From Clostridia bacterium (GTDB lineage: Bacteria; Bacillota; Clostridia; Oscillospirales; CAG-272), in the NCBI GenBank assembly GCA_017420755.1, contig JAFQOG010000032.1:5013-69012 (forward strand): DNA of 64,000 nucleotides, in the 5' to 3' direction. This document shows positions 19,351 through 31,043 of this stretch, piece by piece (position 1 is the stretch's first letter; the number at the start of each line of letters is the position of its first letter). The translations under genes were made by a program, and so were the position numbers. Below the pieces are notes generated by a model that worked only from the letters and a program-made list of their open reading frames with translations, searched no databases and was not told where the DNA came from.

Positions 19351-22300
19351 TTAAAGACGTTCTTTTGTTTTTTCTATATAAAATTTTAAAAGCTCAATTG
19401 CTTTTTCGTAAATTTCAAAGCCTCCGCCAGCCTTTACGCAAAAATATGGGATTCGTCCAACACCAACAACGCTAACGTGGCTTCTGTCAAATTTAGAAAC
19501 CTCAACAAATGCACCAAGGTCGATAATTTCAGGAAATAGTCTGATTTCTCCGCGAAGCTCCTCAACCTTTTTGATTTTGCATTTTTGGGAAAGAGCCTTT
19601 ATTAAAGCGATATAGGTGAGCACCTCTGCTTCCTTTGGCACCGTTCCGTAACGGTCGGTTAGCTCGGATATAATATCGCATCTATCCTCATCGGTTTCTA
19701 TGTGAGCGATTTTTTTATAAATTTCTATTCTTTGAGTTGAGGAAGGGATATATTTGCTCGAAATAAAGGCGTCGCGACACGAATTGATTTTCGTTTCGTA
19801 GATTTCCTTTGGTACAATACCTTTCTCCTCTAAGACTGCCTCGTTTAAAAGTCGAATGAAAAGGTCATATCCAACAGCATCAAGATGTCCATGCTGTTCA
19901 CTGCCGAGAAGATTACCGGCACCCCTTATTTCAAGGTCGCGCATAGCAATTTTAAAGCCAGCGCCAAATTCAGCAAAGTCGCGAATTGCGTTGAGTCTTT
20001 TTGATGCTATTTCCGAAATTTCCTTGCCACGCCTATAAGTGAAGAATGCATACGCACGGCGATGGCTTCTGCCAACTCTACCTCTGATTTGGTGAAGCTG
20101 AGCTAAGCCCATTTTATCTGCGTTTTCGATAATTAGAGTGTTAGCGTTTGGAATATCAATGCCTGTTTCTATTATTGTTGTGCAAATTAGAATATCAACC
20201 TCGCCAATAACCAAGCTGTGCCAAATTGACTCGAGCTCGTCGCGCTCCATTTGACCATGACCAACGGCAATTTTAGCATCCGGAAACGCTCTTTGAAGCT
20301 CGGTGGCTGTTTGATAAATCCTTTTAATATCATTTTGCAAATAGAAAACCTGACCACCACGGTGAAGCTCGCGCTTTATTGCATCTATTATGATTTTTTT
20401 ATCATGCTCTAAAACATAAGAGGCAACGCCAACGCGTCCCTCGGGCGCTTCGTCAAGAACGGATAGGTCGCGGATTCCACCAATCGCCATGCTAAGAGTA
20501 CGCGGGATTGGGGTAGCTGAGAGGGTAAGAACGTCAACATCTGGCCACGCCTGCTTGATTTTTTCCTTTTGTCCAACACCGAAGCGTTGCTCCTCATCGA
20601 TTATTAAAAGACCCAAATCCTTAAATTCAATGTTTTTTGAAAGAAGCTTGTGCGTGCCGATTATAATATCAAGGTCGCCACGACGAAGCGAGCGTAAGGT
20701 GGCATTTTGTTCCTTTGTGGTTCTGAATCTTGAAATCATTCCGATGTTAACACCGGTGCCTGCAAAGCGAGAAAGCGCGGTTTGGTAATGTTGCATTGCT
20801 AAAATAGTTGTAGGCACCAAGATTGCAACCTGCTTGTTGTTGGCGACCGCCTTCATAGCGGCACGGAATGCGACCTCGGTCTTTCCATAGCCAACATCTC
20901 CACAAAGGACCCTGTCCATTGGGTATGGCTTTTCCATGTCGCCAAAAATATCGCTGATTGCAATTAGCTGTGAATCTGTTTCTTCATATTCAAAGGACGA
21001 GGCAAATTCCTCCTCCATTAGTGGATCGGGCATAAAGGCGAAGCCGTCAATTCTTTGGCGTCTTGCGTACAAATCAATTAGCTCCTTTGCCATATCTTGA
21101 GCAGATTTTTTGGCACGCTGTGTCGATCTTTTCCATTCGGCGCCACCCATTCTTGAAAGCTTAACATCGCCATCAAGCGAACCCGAGCCAATGTATTTTG
21201 AGACCATATCGAGTTGCTCAACCGGCAAATATAATTTGTCCGTGCCAGCATACTGAATTGTTATATAATCCTTGTATGTGCCCATAACTGAAAGATTTTG
21301 AATGCCAAGATATTTTCCTATACCATAGCGAACGTGAACAACAAAATCTCCAACATTTAAATCTGCGCAGGAAAGGATTTTTTCGCCTGCGTTTTTAGAA
21401 AACGCCTTGTTTTTTTGAGCCTTTTTCTTTGATTTTGCCTCGTTTGAGGAAAGAATAAGTAAGGCTAAGTGCGACTCGGGTATTTCAAAGCCCTCAGGAA
21501 AAAATCCTGTGGTAACGGCAATTACACCCTCAGCTAAGGATTCAATAGTGTCATCAGTCTTTAGCACAGTTGCCGAAACGCCTATTTCGTTTAAAATCTT
21601 TACGGAGCGCTTAGCTTCAGGCACACTTTGGCAAACCAAAACAGCACGATAAGCATTGTCGTGATAAAAGCGAATCTCCTCGTAAAGGGCATTTATAGAA
21701 CGGTTGGTAAAGAAAGCGCCCTTAGTATTCAAATGATAAATTCCCCCAAGCTCATCGAAGGTTGACATGATGTAGGTGTCAATGTTTATGGTTTGGGTTT
21801 TCTTTCTAAAATCATCTATTATCGACAACGGGGCGCTAAATTCAGCATACTGTGTCGGCAAAAGATTGCTTTCTATTAAAGATGTGGCTGTTTCGTTTTC
21901 CTCTTTTTTTGCATCCTTTGCTTTTTTTGAAACAAGGTTCGTATCGCAAATTATCATAGTCGATGAGGGATCAAAATAGTCAAAAAGACATTCCTTTTCC
22001 TTGTATATTAGAGAAATGTATTTGTCAAAGAACGGATGTGAAAAGCCGCCTGCATTTATTGTGGCAAGCTCTAATTTTAATTGCTTGATTGAATCCTCGT
22101 CCTTTGCGTAGGAAATAAGTCTTTCGATTTCCTCGACAATTTTAGCGAGGCACTCGCCATTTGCAACAATTTCTCTTGATGGTGTGATTTTAAATGATGA
22201 CACCTTATCTTGTGTGCGCTGTGTTTGTGGGTCAAAGGTTGCCATTCTTTCGATATCATCACCAAAAAGCTCTATGCGAATTGGCTTTTCATCTGAAAGG

Positions 22301-22911
22301 ATTTTCTTGCCAACTGTATATTCACATTTTGTTGGGAAAATATCAATTATATCTCCGCGAACAGAATATTGACCAGGTCCCTCGACAAGCTCGGCTGGTG
22401 AATATCCCATATCCAAAAGCTTGCGTGAAAAGGTGGAAATTTCGAGGGGAGTGTCTAAGTTTACCCCTAAACAACTTGTTTTTAGATGCGCTTTGGGCAC
22501 GGTATATTGTAATGCTGCATCGGGAGTTGTAAATATAACGTCAGTAAGACCATAAAGAACTCCGGAAAGCACCTTTAGCCTCTCATGCTCTTGGTCATGG
22601 GAGGCGGTAACATTATAGAAATTGAAATCTCGGTACGGATAGAACTCACTTCTTATTCCACTTTTTTGGAAGAACTCGTTTAGCTTGTTCGCTCGACGCT
22701 CCTCACCGACCAAGACAAGAATTGGCTTGTTATATTCTTTTGTTATGTCCTTTGTTAAGGAAAAAAGAAGCGAATATAAGGCTCCGTCGGAAACACCATC
22801 AACCAAAAGAGGAAGCGGTTCATTCTTTTCCTTTAAATCCTTTAGCCTTGTTAGAAGCTTGCTATATTCGGGGCTCGCTTTAATAAGACTGCTTAAAAAT
22901 TCAGTACTCAT
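19351..22911 (-). CDS. mfd: transcription-repair coupling factor
   Basis: 1186 aa. Helicase motifs GDVGYGKTEVA and DEEQRFGV. Upstream of pth-side synteny. Confidence 0.93.
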   Translation of the reverse strand: MSTEFLSSLIKASPEYSKLLTRLKDLKEKNEPLPLLVDGVSDGALYSLLFSLTKDITKEYNKPILVLVGEERRANKLNEFFQKSGIRSEFYPYRDFNFYNVTASHDQEHERLKVLSGVLYGLTDVIFTTPDAALQYTVPKAHLKTSCLGVNLDTPLEISTFSRKLLDMGYSPAELVEGPGQYSVRGDIIDIFPTKCEYTVGKKILSDEKPIRIELFGDDIERMATFDPQTQRTQDKVSSFKITPSREIVANGECLAKIVEEIERLISYAKDEDSIKQLKLELATINAGGFSHPFFDKYISLIYKEKECLFDYFDPSSTMIICDTNLVSKKAKDAKKEENETATSLIESNLLPTQYAEFSAPLSIIDDFRKKTQTINIDTYIMSTFDELGGIYHLNTKGAFFTNRSINALYEEIRFYHDNAYRAVLVCQSVPEAKRSVKILNEIGVSATVLKTDDTIESLAEGVIAVTTGFFPEGFEIPESHLALLILSSNEAKSKKKAQKNKAFSKNAGEKILSCADLNVGDFVVHVRYGIGKYLGIQNLSVMGTYKDYITIQYAGTDKLYLPVEQLDMVSKYIGSGSLDGDVKLSRMGGAEWKRSTQRAKKSAQDMAKELIDLYARRQRIDGFAFMPDPLMEEEFASSFEYEETDSQLIAISDIFGDMEKPYPMDRVLCGDVGYGKTEVAFRAAMKAVANNKQVAILVPTTILAMQHYQTALSRFAGTGVNIGMISRFRTTKEQNATLRSLRRGDLDIIIGTHKLLSKNIEFKDLGLLIIDEEQRFGVGQKEKIKQAWPDVDVLTLSATPIPRTLSMAIGGIRDLSVLDEAPEGRVGVASYVLEHDKKIIIDAIKRELHRGGQVFYLQNDIKRIYQTATELQRAFPDAKIAVGHGQMERDELESIWHSLVIGEVDILICTTIIETGIDIPNANTLIIENADKMGLAQLHQIRGRVGRSHRRAYAFFTYRRGKEISEIASKRLNAIRDFAEFGAGFKIAMRDLEIRGAGNLLGSEQHGHLDAVGYDLFIRLLNEAVLEEKGIVPKEIYETKINSCRDAFISSKYIPSSTQRIEIYKKIAHIETDEDRCDIISELTDRYGTVPKEAEVLTYIALIKALSQKCKIKKVEELRGEIRLFPEIIDLGAFVEVSKFDRSHVSVVGVGRIPYFCVKAGGGFEIYEKAIELLKFYIEKTKERL

Positions 22912-22917
22912 TTTTAC

Positions 22918-23550
22918 CTACTTTGAAATTCCGTTAAAATCGCACATCGCCTTTTCGGTTTCTCCCTTTGTCATAAGGGAAAGAATATCCGGCACGCTTT
23001 CAAGAACAGAGAAGAAGCGCGGCTCCTCCTCCTTCGGGAGACGAGCAAGCACCCAATCGGCAATATCATAATCGGGATGCGGCTTTTGTCCAACACCGAG
23101 CTTTATTCTTGGAAATTTATCAGAATTCAGACACTCTATGACACTTTTTAGTCCGTTGTGCCCTCCCGCACTGCCATTTTTTCGAAATCTAAGCTTGCCA
23201 ACGTCAAACGAAGCATCGTCAGAAATCACTATTATGTTTTCGGGAGCAATTTTGTAAAAATCTGCCGCCTCCTTTATTGCTTCTCCCGATGCGTTCATAA
23301 AGGTTTGTGGCTTCATAACAAGGGTGCGAGCGCCACCGATTGTCGCTTCGCCAACAAGCGCCTTGAATTTGAGCCTGTCACACTTGAAGCCGAGCTTTTG
23401 TGTAAGATAATCAACGGCTAAAAAACCAGCGTTGTGTCTTGTGAATGTATATTTTTCGCCGGGATTGCCAAGACCAACAACAATGTGGGTGATTGGCGAG
23501 GGCGATTCCTTTTTTTCAATCTTTTTGAAAAGGTCAAAAATATTTGCCAT
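22918..23550 (-). CDS. pth: peptidyl-tRNA hydrolase
   Basis: ATG at 23550 after a GGAGAA RBS. Motif VGLGNPGEKYTFTRHNAGF. Confidence 0.9.
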   Translation of the reverse strand: MANIFDLFKKIEKKESPSPITHIVVGLGNPGEKYTFTRHNAGFLAVDYLTQKLGFKCDRLKFKALVGEATIGGARTLVMKPQTFMNASGEAIKEAADFYKIAPENIIVISDDASFDVGKLRFRKNGSAGGHNGLKSVIECLNSDKFPRIKLGVGQKPHPDYDIADWVLARLPKEEEPRFFSVLESVPDILSLMTKGETEKAMCDFNGISK

Positions 23551-23728
23551 AAAATTCTCCTTTAACGCGCAATAGCCCGACCAAGCGGGCGCACATATTT
23601 TATTAAAGTATATCACAAAAAATTTTTATATGCAACTAAAAATATAAAATACTTTACAAAATAATAAAATTCTGTTATAATATTATATATTTAAAAATTT
23701 AAGAATCTCTTTTAAGGAGGGCGTTCTT

Positions 23729-25732
23729 GTGAAGAATAAAAAATTTAAAAGATTACTCGCACTGTTTGGAATAGTTTTGCCACTTATATCGATTTTTTGC
23801 ATGGTATCTGGATTTGTGTTAATTGACGAGTTTCCCGGACAAAAGGGCATCATCATTGGTTCTTCCTTGTGTGGCTTTGCTGTTATTACTGGCATTTTTG
23901 CCATTGTTACTGCCTGCGCAAAATCAAAGGCTGAGGCGTTGGTTAAAAAAGGACCTCTGCTTGGCACTGTAATGTATGACAAGATCAACTACGCAAAGGA
24001 GCCTGCGTTTATTTGCGATTCAAATCGTAAAATCGTGTGGGCAAATGCTTTTGCTTCAACGGAGCTTTCAAATAAAAAAATTCTTGGCGCATCAATCGAT
24101 TCCGTTATCGATTATGATTTCTTAGAGGAAACCGTTGTTAGACGCGAAAGAGAAAACAAGCTCGAGCTTGACGGCGAGGTTTATCTCGTTGAGGAAACTA
24201 AGATTGAAGCATCGGATGATTCATATTATCTTCTTTACTTGCGCAACAAAACCAAGCAATCAGAGCTTGAGCAGTTAAGACGCGACAAGGAAAAGATTGT
24301 TGCCTACGTTGTTGTTGACAACCTTGAGGCGCTTTTGCAGTTTGAGCAGGAAAAGTATCGTGAAACTGCAGCAAAGGTAGAAAAAATCATTCGCTCGTGG
24401 GCAGAAAGCGTTAACGGTATTGTTAAGGAATATGAAAAGGACAAGTATATTTTCATTTTCAATATGGAGGACCTTGATAAGTTCATAAACGACGAGTTTT
24501 CTATTCTTGATAAAATCAAGGATATCCGTCTTGGCAGTGGTAGTATTCCAGTTACCTTGTCTATCGGTATTGCAAAGAAGGCAAGTGCAACCCTTGCTGA
24601 AAAGGAAAAGCTTGCACACGTTGCACTTGATATGGCGCTTCAACGTGGTGGCGACCAGGCTGTTGTTAAATTAGAGGAGGATGTTCGCTTCTTCGGTGGC
24701 AGAACAAATGCAATTCACAAAAGAACAAAGGTTCGTGCGCGTGTTGTTGCTAGTGCAATTGCAAGTCGCATTCAACAAGCCTCAAATGTTTTGGTTATGG
24801 GTCACGCATACCCCGACTACGATGCAATTGGTGCATCAATCGGTGTTGCCCGCTTAGCTAAGCACTGTGGTGTTAAGGTTAATATTGTTACCAACTTTAA
24901 GGACATCAACGCAATGAAGGTGGTTAAGATGTTCGACGGAATTGATGAATATAGAAACGTGTTTGTTGATTCTGCAAAGGGACTTGATCTTGTTAAATCC
25001 GACACACTTCTAATTATCGTTGACGTTAATAATGTTAATATGTTTGAGTCAAGGGATCTTGCAAAGATAGTTGATAATATTATTATTATCGACCACCATC
25101 GTCAAACGGCAGAGTTCCAAAAGGCTCCTATAATTTCATATATTGAAACATCAGCATCAAGCACATGTGAGATTGTTTCAGAAATGCTTGAGCAGGTGCT
25201 TCCGATTCAATCACTTCTTATTAAAGAGGCTAATGCTCTTTATGCCGGTATTTTGCTTGACACAAAGAATTTCCAAAAGGGCGCAGGACCAAAGACTCAC
25301 GGTGCAGCTATGTACCTAAAGGACAATGGCGCTTCCTACGAAAACGTACAGGATCTATTCAAGGCAAATATTGTTGACTACAAAAAAGAAGCATCGTTTG
25401 GCGAGAAAATCGAGATTTATCGTAACTGCATGGCAATTGCGCTAAATCCTTATGGCAAGGACACAACGGATAAAATTCTGGCTGCAAAGGTGGCTGACAA
25501 TCTCCTCGGTCTTGAGGATGTTTCGGCTTCGTTTGTTTTGGTTCAAATCGACAACGTTGTCCATATTTCTGCGCGCTCAAACGGCACAATCAATGTTCAG
25601 CTTATACTTGAAAGGCTCAATGGCGGCGGAAGATACGATGCAGCCGGAGCACAGGTTAGGGGATCGAATGTTGGTGACACTTTGATTACACTTAAAGAGG
25701 CGATTGACTCTTACATCAATCCGGAGGGTTAA
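23729..25732 (+). CDS. gdpP: GdpP-type DHH/DHHA1 phosphodiesterase (c-di-AMP PDE-like)
   Basis: GTG start after AAGGAGG. Two N-terminal TM segments, a degenerate GGDEF region, IIDHH and GGGRYDAAGA motifs. Synteny with rplI-dnaB. Confidence 0.8.
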   Translation: MKNKKFKRLLALFGIVLPLISIFCMVSGFVLIDEFPGQKGIIIGSSLCGFAVITGIFAIVTACAKSKAEALVKKGPLLGTVMYDKINYAKEPAFICDSNRKIVWANAFASTELSNKKILGASIDSVIDYDFLEETVVRRERENKLELDGEVYLVEETKIEASDDSYYLLYLRNKTKQSELEQLRRDKEKIVAYVVVDNLEALLQFEQEKYRETAAKVEKIIRSWAESVNGIVKEYEKDKYIFIFNMEDLDKFINDEFSILDKIKDIRLGSGSIPVTLSIGIAKKASATLAEKEKLAHVALDMALQRGGDQAVVKLEEDVRFFGGRTNAIHKRTKVRARVVASAIASRIQQASNVLVMGHAYPDYDAIGASIGVARLAKHCGVKVNIVTNFKDINAMKVVKMFDGIDEYRNVFVDSAKGLDLVKSDTLLIIVDVNNVNMFESRDLAKIVDNIIIIDHHRQTAEFQKAPIISYIETSASSTCEIVSEMLEQVLPIQSLLIKEANALYAGILLDTKNFQKGAGPKTHGAAMYLKDNGASYENVQDLFKANIVDYKKEASFGEKIEIYRNCMAIALNPYGKDTTDKILAAKVADNLLGLEDVSASFVLVQIDNVVHISARSNGTINVQLILERLNGGGRYDAAGAQVRGSNVGDTLITLKEAIDSYINPEG

Positions 25733-25733
25733 A

Positions 25734-26180
25734 ATGAAGGTTGTTTTATTACAGGATGTAAAATCGCAAGGCAAGAAAAACGATATTATTGAGGTTTCCG
25801 AGGGCTATGCAAGAAATTTCTTGTTCCCAAAGAAGCTTGCTGTCGTTGCGGATGCCAAGGCGGTTAATGATATAAAAAACAAAAAGAGCTCAGAGGCTCA
25901 CAAAATCGAGGTTGAAAGAGAAAATGCAAAGAAAACTGCGCAAAAGCTTTCAGAAACAACAGTTACTATTCTTGCCGATGGTGGACAAGATGGCAGATTC
26001 TATGGCGCTGTTACCTCAAAGGATATTGCAGAGGCGCTAAAAAGCCAAGCAGGCGTCGATGTTGACAAACGAAAAATAGTGCTCGATGCTCCTATCAAGG
26101 CGTTCGGCTCATATAAAATAGACGTGAAGCTTTACCAAGAAATTACTGGTAAGGTTACTGTTAGCGTTAAGGAGAAATAA
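25734..26180 (+). CDS. rplI: 50S ribosomal protein L9
   Basis: MKVVLLQDVKSQGKKNDIIEVSEGYARNFLFPKKLA. Confidence 0.93.
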   Translation: MKVVLLQDVKSQGKKNDIIEVSEGYARNFLFPKKLAVVADAKAVNDIKNKKSSEAHKIEVERENAKKTAQKLSETTVTILADGGQDGRFYGAVTSKDIAEALKSQAGVDVDKRKIVLDAPIKAFGSYKIDVKLYQEITGKVTVSVKEK

Positions 26181-27518
26181 ATGGACGTTTTACAAAAGAA
26201 AATGCCGTATTCCTTAAATGCGGAGCAAAGCGTTCTCGGCTCTATCATTATAGATCCAGAGTGCTTTGACGACATTGCGCAAATTATAAAGTCTGACGAT
26301 TTTTACCTTGAAATCCATAGAGAAATATATAGTGCGATGCTTGATTTTAAATATCACAGTAAGCCAATGGACGTTGTTACTCTTGTTAACGCCCTTGTTT
26401 CAAATGGAGTTTACGAGGATGAGGCAGCGGCGCGCTCATATATAAGACTTTTGGTTGACGTTATTCCAACCAGCGCAAATGCAAAGGACTACGCAAAAAT
26501 TGTATTTGATAAAAGTGTTTTAAGACGCTTGATTGACGCGGCAGATTCGATCCAAAAGGATGCATATAGCGAGGGTGACAAGGTTGAAAACGTTGTTGAC
26601 GCAGCTGAGCAGAGAATATTCGAAATTGCACAAAACAACGAAAAAAGAGATTTCGTTCACATCAAGGATGTTATCGTTCAAACATATAGCCGATTGAAGG
26701 AGCTTCAAGAGGAGGGCGCAGAAGAAAAGCTTGGCTTGAAAACCGAGTTTGGCGACCTCGACCGCGTTATTGTTGGCTTTGGCAAGGGCGACCTTGTTAT
26801 TGTCGGCGCTCGTCCTGGTGTTGGTAAGACATCGTTTTGCTTGAATCTTGCAACTAACATTGCAAAAAAATCAGGCAAATCTGTTTGCATTTTCTCGCTT
26901 GAAATGTCAAACGAGCAATTGGTTTCAAGAATTATTGCATCCGAGGCGCTCGTTGACTCGCAAAAATTGAGAACCGGCAAATTAGAGGCGCGCGACTGGG
27001 AAAACATCGCAAATGCGGCATCAACCCTGTCCGAGTCTAACATTTATATTGATGACACTACAAACATTTCAATTACAGCGATGAAGGCGAAGCTAAGAAG
27101 AGTCAAGAACCTTGGACTCGTTGTTGTTGACTACCTACAGCTTATGGAATCTGAAAAGGGACGCAAGGACGGCTCACGTGTTAACGAAATTGCCGATATT
27201 TCAAGAGGTCTTAAGATTTTGGCAAAGGAATTAAACGTTCCTGTTATCACATGCTCACAGCTTTCCCGTGGAACTGAGAAGGAAAAGGAAAGAAAGCCGA
27301 TGCTTTCAGATCTTCGTGACTCTGGTTCAATCGAGCAGGATGCCGATATGGTTATTTTTCTATCCCGTGACTACTATGGAAACGATCCTGATAGAGCCAA
27401 TATGGTTGACGTTATCGTTGCCAAGAATCGTCATGGTGAGCTTGGTACAGTTCAAATGAGCTGGCTTGGACAATATACAAAGTTTTCATCCTTGGAAACT
27501 AATTTAAGTGAGGAATAA
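26181..27518 (+). CDS. dnaB: replicative DNA helicase DnaB
   Basis: NAEQSVLGSII at the N-terminus, and Walker A GARPGVGKTS. Confidence 0.93.
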   Translation: MDVLQKKMPYSLNAEQSVLGSIIIDPECFDDIAQIIKSDDFYLEIHREIYSAMLDFKYHSKPMDVVTLVNALVSNGVYEDEAAARSYIRLLVDVIPTSANAKDYAKIVFDKSVLRRLIDAADSIQKDAYSEGDKVENVVDAAEQRIFEIAQNNEKRDFVHIKDVIVQTYSRLKELQEEGAEEKLGLKTEFGDLDRVIVGFGKGDLVIVGARPGVGKTSFCLNLATNIAKKSGKSVCIFSLEMSNEQLVSRIIASEALVDSQKLRTGKLEARDWENIANAASTLSESNIYIDDTTNISITAMKAKLRRVKNLGLVVVDYLQLMESEKGRKDGSRVNEIADISRGLKILAKELNVPVITCSQLSRGTEKEKERKPMLSDLRDSGSIEQDADMVIFLSRDYYGNDPDRANMVDVIVAKNRHGELGTVQMSWLGQYTKFSSLETNLSEE

Positions 27519-27519
27519 T

Positions 27520-27816
27520 ATGGCAAACGAAAAAAGATATATTGATAGATTTTTTGACGAAAACAATTTTGATAACGTTCATTTGGAGGACAACAGCGGT
27601 AAGGAGATTGAATTTGAGCAGGTTGCAGTTGTTGATTATGAAGGAAAATATTATGCAATACTTCATCCCGTTACGAAGCTTGAGGGCGTTAACGATGATG
27701 AAGCGCTCGTTTTTCTAATTGACGAGGAAAAGGACGAATTGGTTTACGAAGAGGACGAAAAAACCGCTATGGCAGTTTTTGAGGTGTTCTATTCAGACAT
27801 GGAAAACGAGGAGTAA
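27520..27816 (+). CDS. DUF1292 family protein
   Basis: Acidic 98-aa protein with the ...EFEQVAVVDYEGKYYAILHPV... pattern. Confidence 0.7.
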   Translation: MANEKRYIDRFFDENNFDNVHLEDNSGKEIEFEQVAVVDYEGKYYAILHPVTKLEGVNDDEALVFLIDEEKDELVYEEDEKTAMAVFEVFYSDMENEE

Positions 27817-27825
27817 TAAAAATGA

Positions 27826-27855
27826 TTTAGCCTTCCATTTGGAAGGCTAAATTTT
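27826..27855 (+). terminator. Rho-independent terminator
   Basis: TTTAGCCTTCC-attt-GGAAGGCTAAA followed by TTTT. Confidence 0.75.
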
Positions 27856-27907
27856 AAGAAAAGCCGACCCTGTGTCGTGGTTATTTAATTTTTAGCGTGG
27901 AGGAATT

Positions 27908-29932
27908 ATGGAGAATATGTTTTTACCTATAACGAAAAACGAGTGCCTTGCCCGCGGATGGGACGAGGTTGATTTTGTTTACGTAAACGGTGACGCTTAC
28001 GTTGATCACCCTTCCTTTGGCGCGTCAATTATCACAAGAGTTTTGGAAAACGCAGGCTTTAGAGTTGCATTTTTGGCTCAGCCTGATTATAAGTCGGCTG
28101 ATGATTTTAAGCGCTTTGGCAAGCCAAGGCTTGGATTCCTTGTTAGCGCAGGAAATATCGACTCAATGGTGGCGCACTACACGGCATCGAAGAAAAGGCG
28201 CTCGTATGATTATTATTCTGCGGGCGGAAAAATGGGAGCACGTCCCGACCGCGCAGTAATTGTTTACTGCAATAGAATTAGAGAAGCTTACGGAGATGTG
28301 CCAATTATAATCGGTGGACTTGAGGCATCGTTAAGGCGATTTGCCCACTATGATTATTGGGATAATAAAATTAGACGCTCGATTCTTGTTGACTCGCGTG
28401 CTGATATTTTGACATATGGAATGGGCGAGAGTATTATTTTGAGGCTTGCCACCCTGCTTGACCGAGGCGTGCCAATTAAGAAAATCAGAGCCGAGCGTGG
28501 TTGCGTTTATATGTCAAAAATTGAGGACGAGGTTCATTTCCCGATAGGCGCTGAGTTTGATTTTAATAAAATCAAGGAAGATAAAAGAGAATATGCTCGC
28601 GCCTTTGGAATTCAATATAAGAATCAAGATGCGATAAACGGAAAGGCGATAGTTGAATATTACGACAATAAGAAGCTTGTTCAAAACCCACCAGCTTATC
28701 CACTTGAAAGGGAGGAGCTTGACAAAATTTATGCCCTTCCATACGCAAGAACATATCATCCTATATATGAAAAGGATGGTGGCGTTCCGGCTATTTCAGA
28801 GGTAAAATTTTCAATAACACATAACAGGGGTTGCTTCGGTGGATGTAACTTCTGTGCGCTTGCCTTCCATCAAGGCAGAAGTGTGCGTTCAAGAAGCATA
28901 GAAAGTGTTGTAAGAGAAGCAAAAATCATAACCGAAATGAAGGACTTTAAGGGATACATACACGATGTAGGAGGACCCACCGCAAACTTCAGATATCCTG
29001 CGTGCAAAAAACAGCTCAAGGATGGCGTTTGTACATCAAGAAAGTGCTTAGCCCCGACCCCGTGTCCGAATTTAGAGGTTGACCACAGCGAATATATTGA
29101 GCTTCTAAAGCAAATCGAAGCGCTTCCAAAGGTAAAAAAGGTCTTTATTCGATCCGGAATTCGCTTTGACTATATGATTTACGATAAGAGCGATGCATTT
29201 TTCAGAAAGCTCGTTCGTGACCACGTTAGCGGACAGCTCAAGGTTGCACCCGAGCACTGCTCATCGAACGTGCTAAAATATATGGGCAAGCCGGACATTA
29301 AGGTGTATGATAAATTTAGAGAAAAATACTTTCAACTATGCAAGGAATATAATCTCGAGCAGTATTTAGTTCCGTATCTTATGTCGTCACACCCCGGAAG
29401 CACCATGTGTGATGCAGTTGAGCTATCGCTCTATCTTAAAGAGCTTGGCTTAAATCCCGAGCAGGTACAGGATTTCTATCCAACTCCGGGAACGGCATCG
29501 ACCGTTATGTACTATACAGGCATTAACCCGCTTGATGGTAAAGAGGTTTACGCTCCCGATGATTACAGAGAAAAGCTTATGCAGAGAGCACTTTTGCAGT
29601 ATAAAAAGCCGGAGAACAGAAACCTCGTTCGCGAGGCTCTTATGTTAGCTGGGCGCGAGGATTTGATTGGATTTTCCGGAAATTGTTTAGTTAAGCCTGA
29701 TATGAGAACGGGAGCCGTTCAACCTGTCAAGAATGATAAGCAAAAGGGCGCAATCAAGGCGTCGAGTAATACAAAAACCACCCGAAAAGGTGCAAAAAAC
29801 ACAAAAAGCAGAGAGGAAAACAGAGCAAAATCTCTGAAAAATAGGCCTGTGGCAAAGAAAACAGCTTTGGGACAAAAAAACGCAAAATCTGGACACTCCC
29901 TCAAGCGAAATTCGAAAAAGCCAAGAAGATAG
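27908..29932 (+). CDS. ygiQ: YgiQ-family radical SAM protein (UPF0313)
   Basis: N-terminus ...[18 protein letters not shown].... Radical SAM cluster CFGGCNFC. Lys/Arg-rich tail. Confidence 0.85.
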   Translation: MENMFLPITKNECLARGWDEVDFVYVNGDAYVDHPSFGASIITRVLENAGFRVAFLAQPDYKSADDFKRFGKPRLGFLVSAGNIDSMVAHYTASKKRRSYDYYSAGGKMGARPDRAVIVYCNRIREAYGDVPIIIGGLEASLRRFAHYDYWDNKIRRSILVDSRADILTYGMGESIILRLATLLDRGVPIKKIRAERGCVYMSKIEDEVHFPIGAEFDFNKIKEDKREYARAFGIQYKNQDAINGKAIVEYYDNKKLVQNPPAYPLEREELDKIYALPYARTYHPIYEKDGGVPAISEVKFSITHNRGCFGGCNFCALAFHQGRSVRSRSIESVVREAKIITEMKDFKGYIHDVGGPTANFRYPACKKQLKDGVCTSRKCLAPTPCPNLEVDHSEYIELLKQIEALPKVKKVFIRSGIRFDYMIYDKSDAFFRKLVRDHVSGQLKVAPEHCSSNVLKYMGKPDIKVYDKFREKYFQLCKEYNLEQYLVPYLMSSHPGSTMCDAVELSLYLKELGLNPEQVQDFYPTPGTASTVMYYTGINPLDGKEVYAPDDYREKLMQRALLQYKKPENRNLVREALMLAGREDLIGFSGNCLVKPDMRTGAVQPVKNDKQKGAIKASSNTKTTRKGAKNTKSREENRAKSLKNRPVAKKTALGQKNAKSGHSLKRNSKKPRR

Positions 29933-29998
29933 CAGGCTAAAGCGTGGCACGATTGTGAAGCTGTCAACACAAAAAACTACATTTGCCGAAAAAAATAC

Positions 29999-30027
29999 TT
30001 GACAAAGCTTTGTTTCGTGTGTATAAT
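29999..30027 (+). promoter_or_regulatory. sigma70-type promoter of rpmH
   Basis: TTGACA, 17-nt spacer, TATAAT. Confidence 0.65.
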
Positions 30028-30113
30028 ATAACTTGTCTTAAAATCAATCGAGATAGAATTTTCAGATTGCGTATGTAAATACGGCTTCCAATTTGAAACA
30101 AGGAGGTGCTATT

Positions 30114-30248
30114 ATGTTAAGAACTTACCAACCAAAGAAACGCCAAAGAAAAAAAGAGCACGGCTTCAGAAAGAGAATGAGAACAGCTGACGGCAGAAAA
30201 GTTTTAAAGAGAAGACGCGCTAAAGGCAGAGCAAGACTTACTTACTAA
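30114..30248 (+). CDS. rpmH: 50S ribosomal protein L34
   Basis: Not in the ORF track (44 aa). My translation is [53 protein letters not shown]. Confidence 0.93.
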   Translation: MLRTYQPKKRQRKKEHGFRKRMRTADGRKVLKRRRAKGRARLTY

Positions 30249-30414
30249 TTTATTGCACATGCTTTAGATTCGGGACTGCATCTATTTGTGCGGTCCCGAC
30301 TTTTTCATTATCAAGGTAAAACCCAACGGCAGGGTTAAGTGCCGAAATAATCGTGATGGAAAAAAGTGCAGGGAGTTGCCTGCAGGCAGAAATGCCAAAA
30401 CGGAGGAAGCGGTT

Positions 30415-30786
30415 ATGAAGCATATAGCAATTGGTGAAAATCACCTATACTCGAAGGCTTACGCAAAAGGACAGAAATTTGTGGGAAGAAATGTAATAAT
30501 TTACGTATTACGTGATTTGAAAGCGAAAAAACTAATGACAGCTAATCCACAAAAGGAGTATGTCAATCGAATCGGTCTTACCGTGTCGAAGAAAATCGGC
30601 AAGGCACACATAAGAAACCGAGTAAAAAGAATTTTGCGCGAGGGATTAAGACAAGTAGAAAAAAATTATGACGTAAAGAAAGGACATTTGATTGTCCTTG
30701 TTGCAAGACCCTCAGCGGTTTTGGCAAAAAGCGATAATGTATCGCTTGATATTGAAAGAGCATTCAAGGCTCTTCTGTTAATTTAA
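30415..30786 (+). CDS. rnpA: ribonuclease P protein component
   Basis: ATG at 30415 after GGAGGAAG. Basic protein with [10 protein letters not shown]. Synteny rpmH-rnpA-yidD-yidC. Confidence 0.88.
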   Translation: MKHIAIGENHLYSKAYAKGQKFVGRNVIIYVLRDLKAKKLMTANPQKEYVNRIGLTVSKKIGKAHIRNRVKRILREGLRQVEKNYDVKKGHLIVLVARPSAVLAKSDNVSLDIERAFKALLLI

Positions 30787-30788
30787 CT

Positions 30789-31025
30789 ATGAAAAAAATT
30801 TTAATTTTTTTATTAAAAGGTTATAAAAAGATAATCTCACCTATTTTGCCACCCTCTTGTCGATTTACCCCGACCTGCTCAGAGTATGCAATGGAGGCAA
30901 TAGGAAGATTCGGCGCAATTCGTGGTTCGTTGCTTGGCGCATATAGGGTTCTTCGCTGTAACCCCTTTTGCCGTGGAGGATATGACCCAGTGCCCGAAAA
31001 ATTTACCTTTAAAAGACAAAAATAA
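30789..31025 (+). CDS. yidD: membrane protein insertion efficiency factor YidD
   Basis: [15 protein letters not shown]...[11 protein letters not shown] motif. Confidence 0.9.
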   Translation: MKKILIFLLKGYKKIISPILPPSCRFTPTCSEYAMEAIGRFGAIRGSLLGAYRVLRCNPFCRGGYDPVPEKFTFKRQK

Positions 31026-31043
31026 AGGAGTTAAACGAAAATT

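Noticed and set aside
29933-30113. Possible oriC upstream of rpmH
   Set aside because: It contains a good promoter but no DnaA-box-like 9-mers, and dnaA is not adjacent.
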